From NCBI GenBank assembly GCA_023229115.1, contig JALNZW010000003.1:1664-65663 (forward strand): 64,000 nucleotides of DNA, given 5' to 3'. The notes beneath the pieces are model-generated. The model did not search any database. It was not told where the DNA came from and worked only from the letters and a program-made list of their open reading frames with translations. Source of the DNA: Patescibacteria group bacterium (GTDB lineage Bacteria > Patescibacteriota > Patescibacteriia > Patescibacteriales > UBA12465). Made by a program: the position numbers and the translations under genes. Of the stretch, positions 48,278-59,166 are shown in pieces. Numbering within the stretch: the first letter of the stretch is position 1; each line of letters opens with the position of its first letter.

Positions 48278-50362
48278 CTATTTACCACTTTTTTCTTTAA
48301 TTTGTTCTAAAATATTTCTTGGAACTTCATTATAATGAGAAAATTCCATTGAATAATTAGCTCTACCTTGACTCATTGACCTCAAAGATGTGGCATAGCC
48401 AAACATTTCTGCCAATGGAACTTTAGCTAAAATAACTTTAGCATTACCCCTATCAGTCATTTCTTCAATTTGACCTCTTTTAGCATTTAAATCCCCAATA
48501 ATATTACCCATATATTCCTCTGGAGTAGTAACTTCAACTTTCATAATTGGCTCAAGTAAAACTGGACTAGCTTTTTGACAAGCATCTTTGAAGGCAAAAA
48601 TAGCTGCCATTTTAAAAGCTATTTCAGAAGAGTCAACCTCATGATAAGAACCATCATAAACAGTTACCTTAACATCAACCATTGGATAACCAGCTAAGAC
48701 ACCGCTTCCCATTGCCTCTTTAACACCCTTCTCAATAGCAGGAATATATTCCCTTGGAATAGCTCCTCCCTTAACTTCATCAACAAATTCATAAGTTTTA
48801 CCACCTTCATTAACCTGTGGTTCCAATCTCAAGTAACAATGACCATATTGACCACGGCCACCAGATTGTTTAGCATATTTATGTTCAGCCTCAGCTTTTT
48901 GTTTAATAGTTTCACGATAAGATACTTGAGGATTGCCAACATTAGCTTCAACACCAAATTCTCTTCTCATACGATCAACAATAATGTCCAGATGAAGCTC
49001 TCCCATGCCAGAAATCAAAACTTGTCCACTCTCTTCATCACTTTCCACTCTAAAAGTTGGGTCTTCTTCGGCTAATCTGCTTAAAGCAATACCCATTTTT
49101 TCTTGATCAGCCTTAGTTTTTGGTTCAACAGCAATCTTAATAACTGGTTCAGGGAAAACAATAGATTCAAGTAGTAAAGGATTCTTTTCATCACATAAAG
49201 TATTTCCAGTTGTAGTATCTTTTAAACCAATAACAGCTGCAATATCTCCAGCCTTTATTTCTTTGATTTCTTCTCTGTGGTTGGCATGCATACGAACTAA
49301 ACGACCGATTCTTTCTTTGTTACCAGTAGAAGAATTTATTATGTATGAACCAGAACTCAAAACACCACTATAAACTCTAACGAAACAAAGCTTTCCAATA
49401 AAAGGATCGGTGGCTATTTTAAAAGCCAAACCCATAAAAGGTTCTTTTTCATCCGGCTTAACAACCACCTTTTTAGTTTCATCATCAACATCGGTAGCTT
49501 CTATCTCTGGAACATCAAGAGGAGATGGTAAATAATCACAAACAGCATCAAGGGCTTTTTGGACTCCAATATTCTGCAAAGCTGTTCCACAAAAAACTGG
49601 ATATATTCCATTTGAAATAACACCCTTTCTTAAAGCTGGTTTCAATTCTTCAACAGATATTTGTTCACCACTTAAATATTTTTCAGTTAAATTATCATCA
49701 AATTCAGCAATTCTTTCAACTAATTCGCTGTGATATTTTTCAACCTTATCTTGTATGTCAGCTGGAATTTCAATTTCAGTTATATTCATACCAAAATTAC
49801 CTTCAAACTTATAAGCTTTTTTTTCTAAAACATCAACAACTCCAGAAAAAGTACTTTCAGAACCAATTGGCAACTGATAAGCAACTGCTTTAGGGTTTAG
49901 TCTTTTTTTAATAGAATCCAAACTCATATAAAAATCAGCTCCTGTTTTATCCATTTTATTAACAAAACAAAGTCTAGGAACATTATATTTGTCTGCTTGA
50001 CGCCAAACAGTTTCTGATTGAGGTTCAACACCTTGAGATCCATCAAAAACGGCAATAGCGCCATCCAAAACACGAAGTGATCTTTCTACCTCAACAGTAA
50101 AATCAACGTGACCAGGGGTATCAATTATATTAATTTTATTGTCCTTCCAAAAACAAGTTGTAGCGGCTGAAGTTATAGTAATTCCTCTCTCTTTTTCTTG
50201 TTCCATCCAATCCATATCAGCGGCACCATCATGAGTTTCACCGATCTTATGTTTTTTTCCAGTATAAAAAAGAACTCTTTCAGTAAAAGTTGTTTTTCCA
50301 GCATCAATATGGGCCATGATACCAATGTTTCTAAATTTATCCAGAGTATAATCTTGCGACAT
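48278..50362 (-). CDS. fusA: elongation factor G
   Basis: 694 aa with AHIDAGKTT and DTPGHVDF. Confidence 0.95.
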   Translation of the reverse strand: MSQDYTLDKFRNIGIMAHIDAGKTTFTERVLFYTGKKHKIGETHDGAADMDWMEQEKERGITITSAATTCFWKDNKINIIDTPGHVDFTVEVERSLRVLDGAIAVFDGSQGVEPQSETVWRQADKYNVPRLCFVNKMDKTGADFYMSLDSIKKRLNPKAVAYQLPIGSESTFSGVVDVLEKKAYKFEGNFGMNITEIEIPADIQDKVEKYHSELVERIAEFDDNLTEKYLSGEQISVEELKPALRKGVISNGIYPVFCGTALQNIGVQKALDAVCDYLPSPLDVPEIEATDVDDETKKVVVKPDEKEPFMGLAFKIATDPFIGKLCFVRVYSGVLSSGSYIINSSTGNKERIGRLVRMHANHREEIKEIKAGDIAAVIGLKDTTTGNTLCDEKNPLLLESIVFPEPVIKIAVEPKTKADQEKMGIALSRLAEEDPTFRVESDEESGQVLISGMGELHLDIIVDRMRREFGVEANVGNPQVSYRETIKQKAEAEHKYAKQSGGRGQYGHCYLRLEPQVNEGGKTYEFVDEVKGGAIPREYIPAIEKGVKEAMGSGVLAGYPMVDVKVTVYDGSYHEVDSSEIAFKMAAIFAFKDACQKASPVLLEPIMKVEVTTPEEYMGNIIGDLNAKRGQIEEMTDRGNAKVILAKVPLAEMFGYATSLRSMSQGRANYSMEFSHYNEVPRNILEQIKEKSGK

Positions 50363-50604
50363 ATATTATTTTAAGAGTTTTAAGAGTTTTAGGACTTTTA
50401 AGACTCTTAGGATACTTATTTTAATTTTTATATATATTTTATATTTTTTTATTTCTTCTTAAAACCTCATATTTTAAGTGAAATTTTTAGAAAAAAATTA
50501 AGAAAGAATTGCGATTAAAATTTTATATTTTGAGCAAAATTTGAGGAAAAGACGAGAAGCGAAGTAAGTCGTATTTATAATACGATGAACGAGCCTCGCA
50601 GTCT

Positions 50605-50634
50605 TTGACAAAAAAGTTTGCCAAAATATATAAT
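50605..50634 (+). promoter_or_regulatory. sigma70-consensus-like element TTGACA-N18-TATAAT on the plus strand (antisense to rpsG)
   Basis: Exact TTGACA at 50605-50610 and TATAAT at 50629-50634, inside the 276-bp rpsG-fusA spacer. Confidence 0.25.
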
Positions 50635-50638
50635 TTTA

Positions 50639-51106
50639 TTATCTTGAGAAATGAGCAAAAGCCTTATTAGCCTCAGCCATCTTATGAACAGTTTCTCTCT
50701 TTCTAACAGATGCACCTTCACCATTAGAAGCATCTAAAATTTCAGCAGCTAATTTCTCGGCCATTGATCTTCCTTTTCGATCTTTAGAAGCTGAAATAAT
50801 CCAATTACAACCCAAATAAAATCTTCTTTCGCCTCTTACTTGGAAAGGAACTTGGTAGTTGGCACCACCAACTCTTTTACCTCTAACCTCAAGCAAAGGA
50901 GAAACTTTCTTCAAAGCTTTATTAAAAATGTGTCTTGGATCGTGTTTGGTTTCTTGGCGAATAATATCAAAAGCATCATAAGTTATCTTTTGAGCTACTG
51001 ATCTCTTTCCGTCAACCATTATATAATTTATAAACTTGGCAATATTTTTATCACCATATTTTAAATCATTTTCAATTTTTCTTTTTGGAGCTTGTTTACC
51101 TCTCAT
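50639..51106 (-). CDS. rpsG: 30S ribosomal protein S7
   Basis: 155-aa protein with strong S7 similarity throughout. Confidence 0.9.
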   Translation of the reverse strand: MRGKQAPKRKIENDLKYGDKNIAKFINYIMVDGKRSVAQKITYDAFDIIRQETKHDPRHIFNKALKKVSPLLEVRGKRVGGANYQVPFQVRGERRFYLGCNWIISASKDRKGRSMAEKLAAEILDASNGEGASVRKRETVHKMAEANKAFAHFSR

Positions 51107-51170
51107 AGTTTTAAAATTACCAGCTATAGCAATTTTTATTAATTTATATCAATTTTATGTTAATTAAATT

Positions 51171-51590
51171 TTAAGCTTTTGGCTTTTTGGCACCATAGCA
51201 GCTTCTTCCCTGTCTTCGAGCATCAACACCCTGAGCATCATAAACACCACGAACAACTTTGTATCTAACACCCGGTAAATCTTTTGTTTTTCCACCCTTA
51301 ATTAAAACGATTGAGTGCTCTTGCAAATTATGTCCCATTCCAGGAATATAGGCAGTAACCTCCATTCCATTAGACAAACGAACACGAGCAATTTTACGTA
51401 AAGCTGAGTTCGGTTTCTTGGGAGTCATGGTAGTAACCTTAAGACAAACACCCTGCTTAAAAGGTGAGCCACTTTTTGTAACTTTTTTCTTACGATGCAA
51501 AGAATCTAAACTAGTACGTAAAGCTAAATTCTTTTTTCTTTTACTGGAAGGTTTTCTTCCCTTTCTAACTAACTGATTAATAGTTGGCAT
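51171..51590 (-). CDS. rpsL: 30S ribosomal protein S12
   Basis: 139 aa with [10 protein letters not shown] and [12 protein letters not shown]. Confidence 0.95.
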   Translation of the reverse strand: MPTINQLVRKGRKPSSKRKKNLALRTSLDSLHRKKKVTKSGSPFKQGVCLKVTTMTPKKPNSALRKIARVRLSNGMEVTAYIPGMGHNLQEHSIVLIKGGKTKDLPGVRYKVVRGVYDAQGVDARRQGRSCYGAKKPKA

Positions 51591-51721
51591 AAAAATTATT
51601 TAAAATTTTATTAATTTATACTATTTTTATATTACTTATACAAATAAAAACACAAACAACACAATTCTGGAATGTGTATAAAGAATTTAGCAAAGAAAAG
51701 ATAATAAGTCAAGAATACTAA

Positions 51722-52645
51722 TTATTCCTTAATACATCTAATGTATCGACCATAAACAGAGTCTATCAGAACAGAGTTAGAAGTCACAATTGTTAACCCA
51801 CTATTATTATATACATCATACAAACGTGTTCCGAGATCATCTACTGTTCTGGTCCAGAGATAAAAACCAGTTCCGAAATAAGGCCATTGAGTTGAATATT
51901 TGTGACCACCAGGAAGTAAAGAAAAGCCAAGATCGTCAGTGCCATAAACAGTGTCAGAAGCCCAATAAGGATGCTCTGAAGTTGTACATTCTCCTCTTAA
52001 AGGAGAATTTGTTTGACGACATGATCTAAGATTATAAACATTATAGGCACCAATATTGCTAATTAGAGAAATAAAATCATCTCTGGTTGGCACCATCCAA
52101 CCATCAGGACAAACTCCTCTAGGGTCAGTTATAGTATGAGATGAGTAAACATAGCCATAAAGACCGCTATAAAGAAAATCATGAGTCGGATAATTCACTC
52201 CTGTCCAACTTCCAGTAACATAAGGAATACTATCCCTATTTTTAAATTTGTCAGTTATTAAATTTTCTTTAAACCAACACTGATCACCGATAGCAACTGT
52301 AGGATAAGTGTAACCATTATAGGAGACATCTTGACCACATTCAAAAGTATCAACAATACAAGAACCACTTTGACAAATATAGCCAGGTTGGCAATCAGGG
52401 TAACAAATATTAGAAGTAGATTCTCCTCCTTCTCCTGATTCACCACTTGAACAATCATAATTTAAAATACCTCCAGGTGTAGCACATTTTGGTCCTTCTT
52501 CTAGGCTAGAGATGTCATTTCCTAAACAGAAAGAAATAGAATAAGTAGAATAATCATCATCAACTTGATAATAAAAAGTATTTTGATTAGGATCACAGAC
52601 ACCATCAGCTGGATAAGGAGCAGTAGGAATATTAATCATTAACAT
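51722..52645 (-). CDS. FISUMP (Fibrobacter succinogenes major paralogous) domain protein; downstream part of a frameshifted prepilin-FISUMP gene
   Basis: GDQCWFKENL...GVCPDGWMVPTRDDFISL... matches the FISUMP signature. Confidence 0.7.
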   Translation of the reverse strand: MLMINIPTAPYPADGVCDPNQNTFYYQVDDDYSTYSISFCLGNDISSLEEGPKCATPGGILNYDCSSGESGEGGESTSNICYPDCQPGYICQSGSCIVDTFECGQDVSYNGYTYPTVAIGDQCWFKENLITDKFKNRDSIPYVTGSWTGVNYPTHDFLYSGLYGYVYSSHTITDPRGVCPDGWMVPTRDDFISLISNIGAYNVYNLRSCRQTNSPLRGECTTSEHPYWASDTVYGTDDLGFSLLPGGHKYSTQWPYFGTGFYLWTRTVDDLGTRLYDVYNNSGLTIVTSNSVLIDSVYGRYIRCIKE

Positions 52646-52899
52646 TTCTCCACTAGAAGTAATGAGAGTACCACTATTCCATTCTTCTACAGTAGGATAA
52701 CGGCCTTGTTCATTAAAGAATAGCTCTAGGGCGGTTTGGGTTTGTTTAACGTCAGCTACACGTTTAGAATCACGAGCACGAGAGCGAGCCTGTTGTAAGG
52801 CGACAACTGCTAAGTAGCCAGTATTCCAATGATAGCGATTACTACCAAGAGTTCGATGAGGGTGAAGGCTTTTTGTTTTTTATAATTGTTTTTAAACAT
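52646..52899 (-). pseudogene. prepilin-type leader plus N-terminal helix segment, offset by 1 nt from the FISUMP ORF (frameshift near 52812)
   Basis: From ATG at 52899: MFKNNYKKQKAFTLIELLVVIAIIGILAT, then TAG. The -1/+2 frame continues (L)AVVALQQARSRARDSKRVADVKQTQTALELFFNEQGRYP... directly into MLMINIPTAPY. One T appears to be missing in ACT-TTA. Confidence 0.55.
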
Positions 52900-52943
52900 T
52901 ATTTTTTATTTGTAATTTAAGAAAAAATATTAAAAATTTTAAT

Positions 52944-54800
52944 TTATAATAAAACGGCTTTAATTCTCCTAACACCAGAACTAGAACTTTCTTCTTTTTG
53001 TATTTTAAATACACCTAAATTTTCCAAACTTTCAACATGAGGACCACCACAAATTTCTTTAGAAAAGTCACCCACAGAATAAACTTTTACTTTTTCTCCA
53101 TATTTAGATTCAAAAACTCCAGTAGCCCCCATCTTCTTAGCTTCTTCCAAACTCATTTCGCTACAATTAACTTTTAAACCTTTCTGAATATTTTCATTTA
53201 CCAAATCTTCTACTTGTTTTTTTTGTTCATCAGTCATTTTCTCAGGATGCGAAAAATCGAAACGAAGTCTTTCGGCAGTAATATTACTTCCCCGCTGTGA
53301 TACATGATCACCTAAAACTCGACGAAGAGCCTCTAACAATAAATGAGCCGCAGTATGAAGCTTGGTAGTTTCCTCGCTTTGATCAGCCAGACCTCCCTTA
53401 AACTTTCCAGCACTAGCGGTTTTAGATAATTTTTGATGTTTGTTTAAAGCTTGATTATATTCCTCTAAAAAATTATCTGATTTGGAAATATTTTTTTCTT
53501 CTATAATTTCTAATGTCATCTCGAGTGGATAGCCATGACTTTGAAAAAGATTAAAAGCAATTTCGCCATTAATTTTCTCCCCCTTTTCAACCAAACTATT
53601 TAAAACTCTCTCCCCCTTCTCTATGGTTTTATTAAACTTGTATTCTTCTTCATTAAAAGCTTTTAAAATAAAATTCCTATTTTTATTTAATTCACTATAA
53701 GAATCTTTATAGAAATCAACAATCACCTGACTTAATTCAGAGATAAGATTTTGTTGTTCAATTTTTAATTGCTTCAAGTAGCGCACCGCTCGTCTAATAA
53801 GACGCCTAATAATATAACCTTGATCAGTGTTAGATGGGCTAAGTCCCTTGTCATCTCCCAATAAAAAAGTTGCACCCTTAATATGATCAGCAATAACTTC
53901 AAAAGCTTTTTTATTATCTTCGTATTTAAGTCCAGAAATATTTTCTAATCTATCAACAATAGAACCCAAGGAGTCAATTTTGAAAATATTGCTCAAATTA
54001 TTTTTTATCATCACAATTCGCTCTAATCCTCCACCAAAGTCAACATTTTTGTTTTCTAATTCTTTCCAGCCATCAACTGTTTTTTGATACTGCATAAAAA
54101 CAGAATTACCAATTTCAATAAATCTTCCACAGTCGCAATTTAAATGACAATGCTCACCAAATTTTGGATCATGTTTTTTACCAGTATCATAAAAAGTTTC
54201 ACTATCTGGACCGCCTAATTCTCCAACAGCATCACCTCTCTGCCACCAATTTTTATCACGGTAAGCAAAGATTCTATCTTTAAAAAAATCAAGCTCTACA
54301 CCCGGCCCCTCATCTCCCTTGGTGGTAGTTTCGGGTCCTTCACCAGCTTCAACTCCGTATTTCTTATAAATATTTTTTAGAATTTGAATTGATTCTTCAT
54401 CTTTGACAATATTCTTTCCATCACCAACATAAACTGTTTGATAAATTTTATTTATATCAAAGCCTAGTTCTTCTATTAAAAATTCAAACCACCAATTCAA
54501 TTGCTCCTCTTTAAAATAATCTCCCAAACTCCAGTTACCAAGCATTTCAAAAAAAGTATTATGGCGACCATCGCCAACATCATCAATATCTTCGGAACGA
54601 AAACATTTTTGACTATTTGTTAAACGAACGCCAGCTGGATGTTTCTCGCCTAAAAGATATGGGACCAAGGGAAACATACCAGAATTGGTAAACAAAAGAC
54701 TAGAATCATTTTCGGGAATGAGCGATGAAGATGATATCAGGGCGTGTTGTTTTTTTTGAAAAAATTCAAAATATTTTTGTCTGATTTCACTAGTTGTCAT
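52944..54800 (-). CDS. alaS: alanine--tRNA ligase, short form lacking C-Ala domain
   Basis: Catalytic core (FTNSGM, RHNTFFEMLGNWSLGDYFK) and editing-domain HTAAHLL...CGGPHV. It is 618 aa, versus about 870 aa for typical AlaRS. Confidence 0.85.
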   Translation of the reverse strand: MTTSEIRQKYFEFFQKKQHALISSSSLIPENDSSLLFTNSGMFPLVPYLLGEKHPAGVRLTNSQKCFRSEDIDDVGDGRHNTFFEMLGNWSLGDYFKEEQLNWWFEFLIEELGFDINKIYQTVYVGDGKNIVKDEESIQILKNIYKKYGVEAGEGPETTTKGDEGPGVELDFFKDRIFAYRDKNWWQRGDAVGELGGPDSETFYDTGKKHDPKFGEHCHLNCDCGRFIEIGNSVFMQYQKTVDGWKELENKNVDFGGGLERIVMIKNNLSNIFKIDSLGSIVDRLENISGLKYEDNKKAFEVIADHIKGATFLLGDDKGLSPSNTDQGYIIRRLIRRAVRYLKQLKIEQQNLISELSQVIVDFYKDSYSELNKNRNFILKAFNEEEYKFNKTIEKGERVLNSLVEKGEKINGEIAFNLFQSHGYPLEMTLEIIEEKNISKSDNFLEEYNQALNKHQKLSKTASAGKFKGGLADQSEETTKLHTAAHLLLEALRRVLGDHVSQRGSNITAERLRFDFSHPEKMTDEQKKQVEDLVNENIQKGLKVNCSEMSLEEAKKMGATGVFESKYGEKVKVYSVGDFSKEICGGPHVESLENLGVFKIQKEESSSSGVRRIKAVLL

Positions 54801-54910
54801 ATATATTGTTTATATTATTTTTTATACTTTAATTATTATACTATAATTTTTGTAAAATTGGCAATAAAAAAACACCCCAGCTTTCGCTGGGGTAACAAAA
54901 AATGAGGTGT

Positions 54911-55936
54911 TTATTTCAAAATATTAACCTCTGCCTCTAAAATTATACCAAACTTATCAAAAACATTTTTCTTCACCAAATCTACCAAAAACAAAACATC
55001 TTTTTGGCTAGCACTACCATGATTTACTAAAATTAAAGCTTGGTTTTCATAAACCCCGGCATCGCCATGACGATAGCCCTTCACATCAACTTGCTCTATC
55101 AACCAACCAGCTGGAATCTTTATTCCTTTTTGATCGGGAAAACTTTTAATATCTGAAAATTTATCTTTTAATATTTTAAACTCATCTTCGGAAATAACTG
55201 GATTTTTGAAAAATGAACCAGCATTAGGAAGTATTCCCGGGTTAGGTAATTTTAAATTTCTAATTTCTTGAATTACTTCTGCCACATCCTTTAATTTAGG
55301 ATTTTCTATCCCCTTCTCTGCTAGTTTATTTTTTATATCACCGTATTCTAAATTAAATTTTTCTTTTTTGCTCAACTTTAACTCGACCCATAAAACAAAA
55401 TATTTGTTTTTCAATTTATTTTTAAAAATACTATCACGATAAGCAAACTGACAATCTTTTAAATTAAAATATTTTTTTTCACCTGTCTTTAAATCAATAG
55501 CACATAGATTATAAAAAATATCCTTCAATTCCACGCCATAAGCTCCAATGTTTTGCACTGGCGCGGCTCCAACTGTTCCAAAGATATAAAACATATTTTC
55601 TATTCCATAATAATTACGAGAAATAGAAAAATTAACCATTTTTGACCAAGCTTCCCCGCTATATGATTTTATAATAGCAGAATCTTCATTTTCGCCCACA
55701 ACCTCCATTCCTTTTATCTCATTCTTTATCACCAAGCCATCAAAACCTTTGTCAGAAAATAAAATATTTGAACCACCACCTAGAACAAAGATCTTTTTAG
55801 ATCTTCTCTTGGCCCATTTAATAGCTACTATAAAATCATCTTCACTTTTTACAACTACAAAATATTTAGCCAAACCACCAATTTTAAAAGTAGAATAATC
55901 GGCTAGTTTTACATTTTTTTTAATCTCTAATTCCAT
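54911..55936 (-). CDS. murB: UDP-N-acetylenolpyruvoylglucosamine reductase MurB
   Basis: FAD-binding domain FKIGGLAKYFVVV...VLGGGSNILF. Confidence 0.85.
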   Translation of the reverse strand: MELEIKKNVKLADYSTFKIGGLAKYFVVVKSEDDFIVAIKWAKRRSKKIFVLGGGSNILFSDKGFDGLVIKNEIKGMEVVGENEDSAIIKSYSGEAWSKMVNFSISRNYYGIENMFYIFGTVGAAPVQNIGAYGVELKDIFYNLCAIDLKTGEKKYFNLKDCQFAYRDSIFKNKLKNKYFVLWVELKLSKKEKFNLEYGDIKNKLAEKGIENPKLKDVAEVIQEIRNLKLPNPGILPNAGSFFKNPVISEDEFKILKDKFSDIKSFPDQKGIKIPAGWLIEQVDVKGYRHGDAGVYENQALILVNHGSASQKDVLFLVDLVKKNVFDKFGIILEAEVNILK

Positions 55937-55939
55937 ATA

Positions 55940-57373
55940 TTAAATATCTTTAGAAGATATATTAAGTAATTTATAAGCTACTCGAAAAATATCACCAGCA
56001 CCCAAAAGTAAAATAACTTTATCCTTGCTAGCTATTTTTCTTAAATCTTTTTCAATATCAGAAAAATTTTTAAAATATTTTAATTCTTGCTTTTTATTAT
56101 TTTTCAAATTATATTGCCCTATTTTTTTCATTAAATCAAGGCTGGAAAGTTTTTGAAACTTTTCTCGAGCTGAAGTATAAATCTCCATTAAATATAAACT
56201 ATCAGTTAATTCAAAGCTTTTAACAAAATCATCGAATAAAGCCTTGGTTCGACTTACGGTGTGCGGATGAAAAACAGTAATTATTTTTTTATCTCCATAT
56301 CTTTGTTTAACTGCCTGAAGACATGCTTTTACTTCAGTTGGATGATGTCCATAATCATCTATAATAACCGACCCCCTATAAACACCCAAGACATCGAAGC
56401 GACGAGAAGCCCCAGTAAACAAAAACAAATTTTTTCTAATTTTTTCCAAATCAACTCTCAATTCTAGACAAGAAGAAATTACAGCCAAAGCATTAGAAAT
56501 GTTATGTTCACCCATTAACTTAATTTTAAACTTACCCAAACTTTTATTATTTTTATACAAAATAAAACTTTGTCCGTAATTTTCAGTCTTTATCTCTTTG
56601 GCTTGATAAAAATATTTATAATTTAATTTTTCTAAATTTTTTATATCATTAACAGAATAAAAAATATTTTTACCTTTATTAAATTTACTAATTTTTAAGC
56701 ACTGCTCATCTTCGGCGTTAGTTATTAAAAAACCTGATGAAGGAATTTTTTTTATAAAATCAGCAAAAACCTTAAAGTAAGCTTTTTTATCTTTAAAATA
56801 ATCAGGATGATCAAAATCAATATTATTTAAAGCGACCATCTGCGGATTAAAATATTGCAATTTATTTTGATACTCGTCAGATTCTAACACAAAATATTTT
56901 GATTTTCCCAACAAAGAACTTCCTTTAAATTGTCTAACATAAGAACCAGATAAAACATTAGGAGAAAAATCAGATTTAAATAAAGCATAACCAAGCCAAG
57001 AAGTAACAGTTGTCTTTCCATGACTACCACAAACAGAAATACCAAAATATTGATTAAACAAATATCCAACCGCCTCAGCATAAGTTACAATTTTAACACC
57101 TTTTTTATTTAAAAACTTAAGTTCAATATTTTTATTAACTTCAAAAGCTGAAGAACGAATAACTAAGTCAATTTTTTCTGGGAAATCTTTTAAGGAAAAC
57201 CCATGTTTAACTTTTATCTTGGAATTAGCGAGTGTTTTATTGGTTTGAAATTCTTCTTCCACGTCGGAACCAGAGACTTTAAATCCCTTAAAAACCAAAA
57301 ACTGAGCTAACATTGCCATGCCAACCCCCTTAATACCAACCATGTAAATATTGTCCTTTTTATTTAAAATCAT
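55940..57373 (-). CDS. murC: UDP-N-acetylmuramate--L-alanine ligase MurC
   Basis: Mur ligase P-loop VCGSHGKTTVTSWL, adjacent to murB. Confidence 0.85.
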   Translation of the reverse strand: MILNKKDNIYMVGIKGVGMAMLAQFLVFKGFKVSGSDVEEEFQTNKTLANSKIKVKHGFSLKDFPEKIDLVIRSSAFEVNKNIELKFLNKKGVKIVTYAEAVGYLFNQYFGISVCGSHGKTTVTSWLGYALFKSDFSPNVLSGSYVRQFKGSSLLGKSKYFVLESDEYQNKLQYFNPQMVALNNIDFDHPDYFKDKKAYFKVFADFIKKIPSSGFLITNAEDEQCLKISKFNKGKNIFYSVNDIKNLEKLNYKYFYQAKEIKTENYGQSFILYKNNKSLGKFKIKLMGEHNISNALAVISSCLELRVDLEKIRKNLFLFTGASRRFDVLGVYRGSVIIDDYGHHPTEVKACLQAVKQRYGDKKIITVFHPHTVSRTKALFDDFVKSFELTDSLYLMEIYTSAREKFQKLSSLDLMKKIGQYNLKNNKKQELKYFKNFSDIEKDLRKIASKDKVILLLGAGDIFRVAYKLLNISSKDI

Positions 57374-57441
57374 AAATATTATAAAATTATTATAACATAT
57401 TTAAATAAATAAAAAAGTGGAATCAACGACTCCACTTTTAA

Positions 57442-58053
57442 TTAAAAAATTCTTTCAAGACAGAAGGGTCTTGCTTCTTTTAAAAGACCACTGCTCTCTT
57501 GGTCTTCAAAATAATCCCAATCAACTTTGGGATGCTCTCCTCTGTAAACATGAATAACAGGAGAATCCTTAACAGTTTTTAAAAAAGAATTAAGAGCTTT
57601 AACATAATATTTGTTTAAAATATTACTGTGTAAGCACAAAGCCAATGACTCCGATAAAGTTAAAAATTTTTCAGAATCAACAGGCACTCTAGAATTAGAA
57701 GAATCATTGTTTACTCCCCAAAGATAATAAGGCGTCTGAGATACTGTTATTAAATTCTCAATATCATCATTATCAAAATAAGAATAACCCTTATTACCAT
57801 TGAATTGTAAAAATTGAACCTGATTTGAAACCCTAATAATATCAAAAGGTATGACTGGAACAAACCACACATCAAGTAAGTAGTCACTATTATCAAGCTC
57901 TTTAATCCTAGAAATAATTTTTTCTTTAAACTCCATCAAAGAAAGCAAAGGGTCAGTCATAACAAAAGCCGGAACATCCAAAGAGGCTAATTTATTTATT
58001 TGAAAATCAAACAACTCAATTGCCTGTTTAACAATTTTTTTTCTCCTCTTCAT
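57442..58053 (-). CDS. hypothetical protein (203 aa)
   Basis: ORF inside the inserted block between murG and murC, with no recognised motif. Confidence 0.4.
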   Translation of the reverse strand: MKRRKKIVKQAIELFDFQINKLASLDVPAFVMTDPLLSLMEFKEKIISRIKELDNSDYLLDVWFVPVIPFDIIRVSNQVQFLQFNGNKGYSYFDNDDIENLITVSQTPYYLWGVNNDSSNSRVPVDSEKFLTLSESLALCLHSNILNKYYVKALNSFLKTVKDSPVIHVYRGEHPKVDWDYFEDQESSGLLKEARPFCLERIF

Positions 58054-58093
58054 GATTTATTTTTTTTAAAGGTACGAATTATTTTAATTTAAT

Positions 58094-58846
58094 TTAATCT
58101 TTCTTATTCTTAAAACTTTCAAACGCTTTTAATATTTCAACCGGAGTAACAAAAACTATTGTATTTGATTGATCAGACGATATATCATTTATTGACTGCA
58201 ATGTTCTTAAATGTAAGGCACCATCAGAAGATGATAATATCTTGGCAGCATTAGACAAATTCTCAGCAGCCGCCAACTCTCCCTGAGCATTAATAATCAC
58301 AGCTCTTTTTTCCCTCTCGGCCTCAGCTTGTTTGGCAATAGTTCTTTCCATTGACTCTGGCAATATTATATCTTTTAATTCAACGTTATTAACCTTTAAG
58401 CCCCAGGCATCAGTTTCTTTGTCGACAATTTCTCTAATTCTTTCAGCAATTTGATCACGATTAGTCAAAAGTTCATCAAGACTTGTTTCTCCGACAATGT
58501 TTCTCATGGTTGTTTGAGCATATTGAGAGACAGCATAATAAAAATTTTCAACCTCAATAATAGCCTTAGAAGCATCAGATATTTTATAATATAAAACAGC
58601 ATTAACTGTCACTGGCACATTATCCCTAGTAATAGCCCTTTGATCTGGAACGTCAACAGCTTTAACTCTAATATCAACCTTCTTATAAGTTTGAAAAATT
58701 GGCCACAAAAACTTCCAACCTGGATTCATAACACTAGAAAAACGACCCATTGTAAATTTAACACCTCTTTCGTATTGATTTATTTGTTTTAAAGATGATA
58801 AGAAAAAAATAAAAACAAAAACCAAAAGAACAATAAAAAAATCCAT
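58094..58846 (-). CDS. SPFH/band-7 (stomatin/HflC-like) domain membrane protein
   Basis: N-terminal TM helix, then the SPFH domain (QRAITRDNVPVTVNAVLYYKI ... AKQAEAEREKRAVII). Confidence 0.8.
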   Translation of the reverse strand: MDFFIVLLVFVFIFFLSSLKQINQYERGVKFTMGRFSSVMNPGWKFLWPIFQTYKKVDIRVKAVDVPDQRAITRDNVPVTVNAVLYYKISDASKAIIEVENFYYAVSQYAQTTMRNIVGETSLDELLTNRDQIAERIREIVDKETDAWGLKVNNVELKDIILPESMERTIAKQAEAEREKRAVIINAQGELAAAENLSNAAKILSSSDGALHLRTLQSINDISSDQSNTIVFVTPVEILKAFESFKNKKD

Positions 58847-58927
58847 ATATTTAAATTTAAGAATAAAAAATAAATCTATCCTTAATATATTAACACAAAA
58901 AAATAAAAAAATAAATATAAATTTTAA

Positions 58928-58956
58928 TTGACAAAAAAGGCTTTTTTTAGTAAAAT
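58928..58956 (+). promoter_or_regulatory. sigma70-type promoter TTGACA-N17-TAAAAT for the plus-strand cluster
   Basis: Exact -35 hexamer, 17-bp spacer and TAAAAT -10, about 25 nt upstream of the 58982 ATG. Confidence 0.45.
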
Positions 58957-58981
58957 TTACTAAAGTATTAAAAGAAAAAAA

Positions 58982-59161
58982 ATGAATATTGATTTAGAGA
59001 TAGAAAAAAAGATAGAAGAAATAAAAGCTATCTATCAAGAATACATCAATCAAATAAAAAAACTTAAACTTAGGCAAGAAAAAATTGTTTTAGATTTTAT
59101 CAAATTAAAAGAAGAAGAGCATTTGAACAAAATAAGACAAGAAATTAAAAATAACTTTTAA
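58982..59161 (+). CDS. small coiled-coil protein (59 aa)
   Basis: MNIDLEIEKKIEEIKAIYQEYINQIKKLKLRQEKIVLDFIKLKEEEHLNKIRQEIKNNF. It ends 5 nt before the next gene and falls below the ORF-track cutoff. Confidence 0.4.
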   Translation: MNIDLEIEKKIEEIKAIYQEYINQIKKLKLRQEKIVLDFIKLKEEEHLNKIRQEIKNNF

Positions 59162-59166
59162 TAAAT

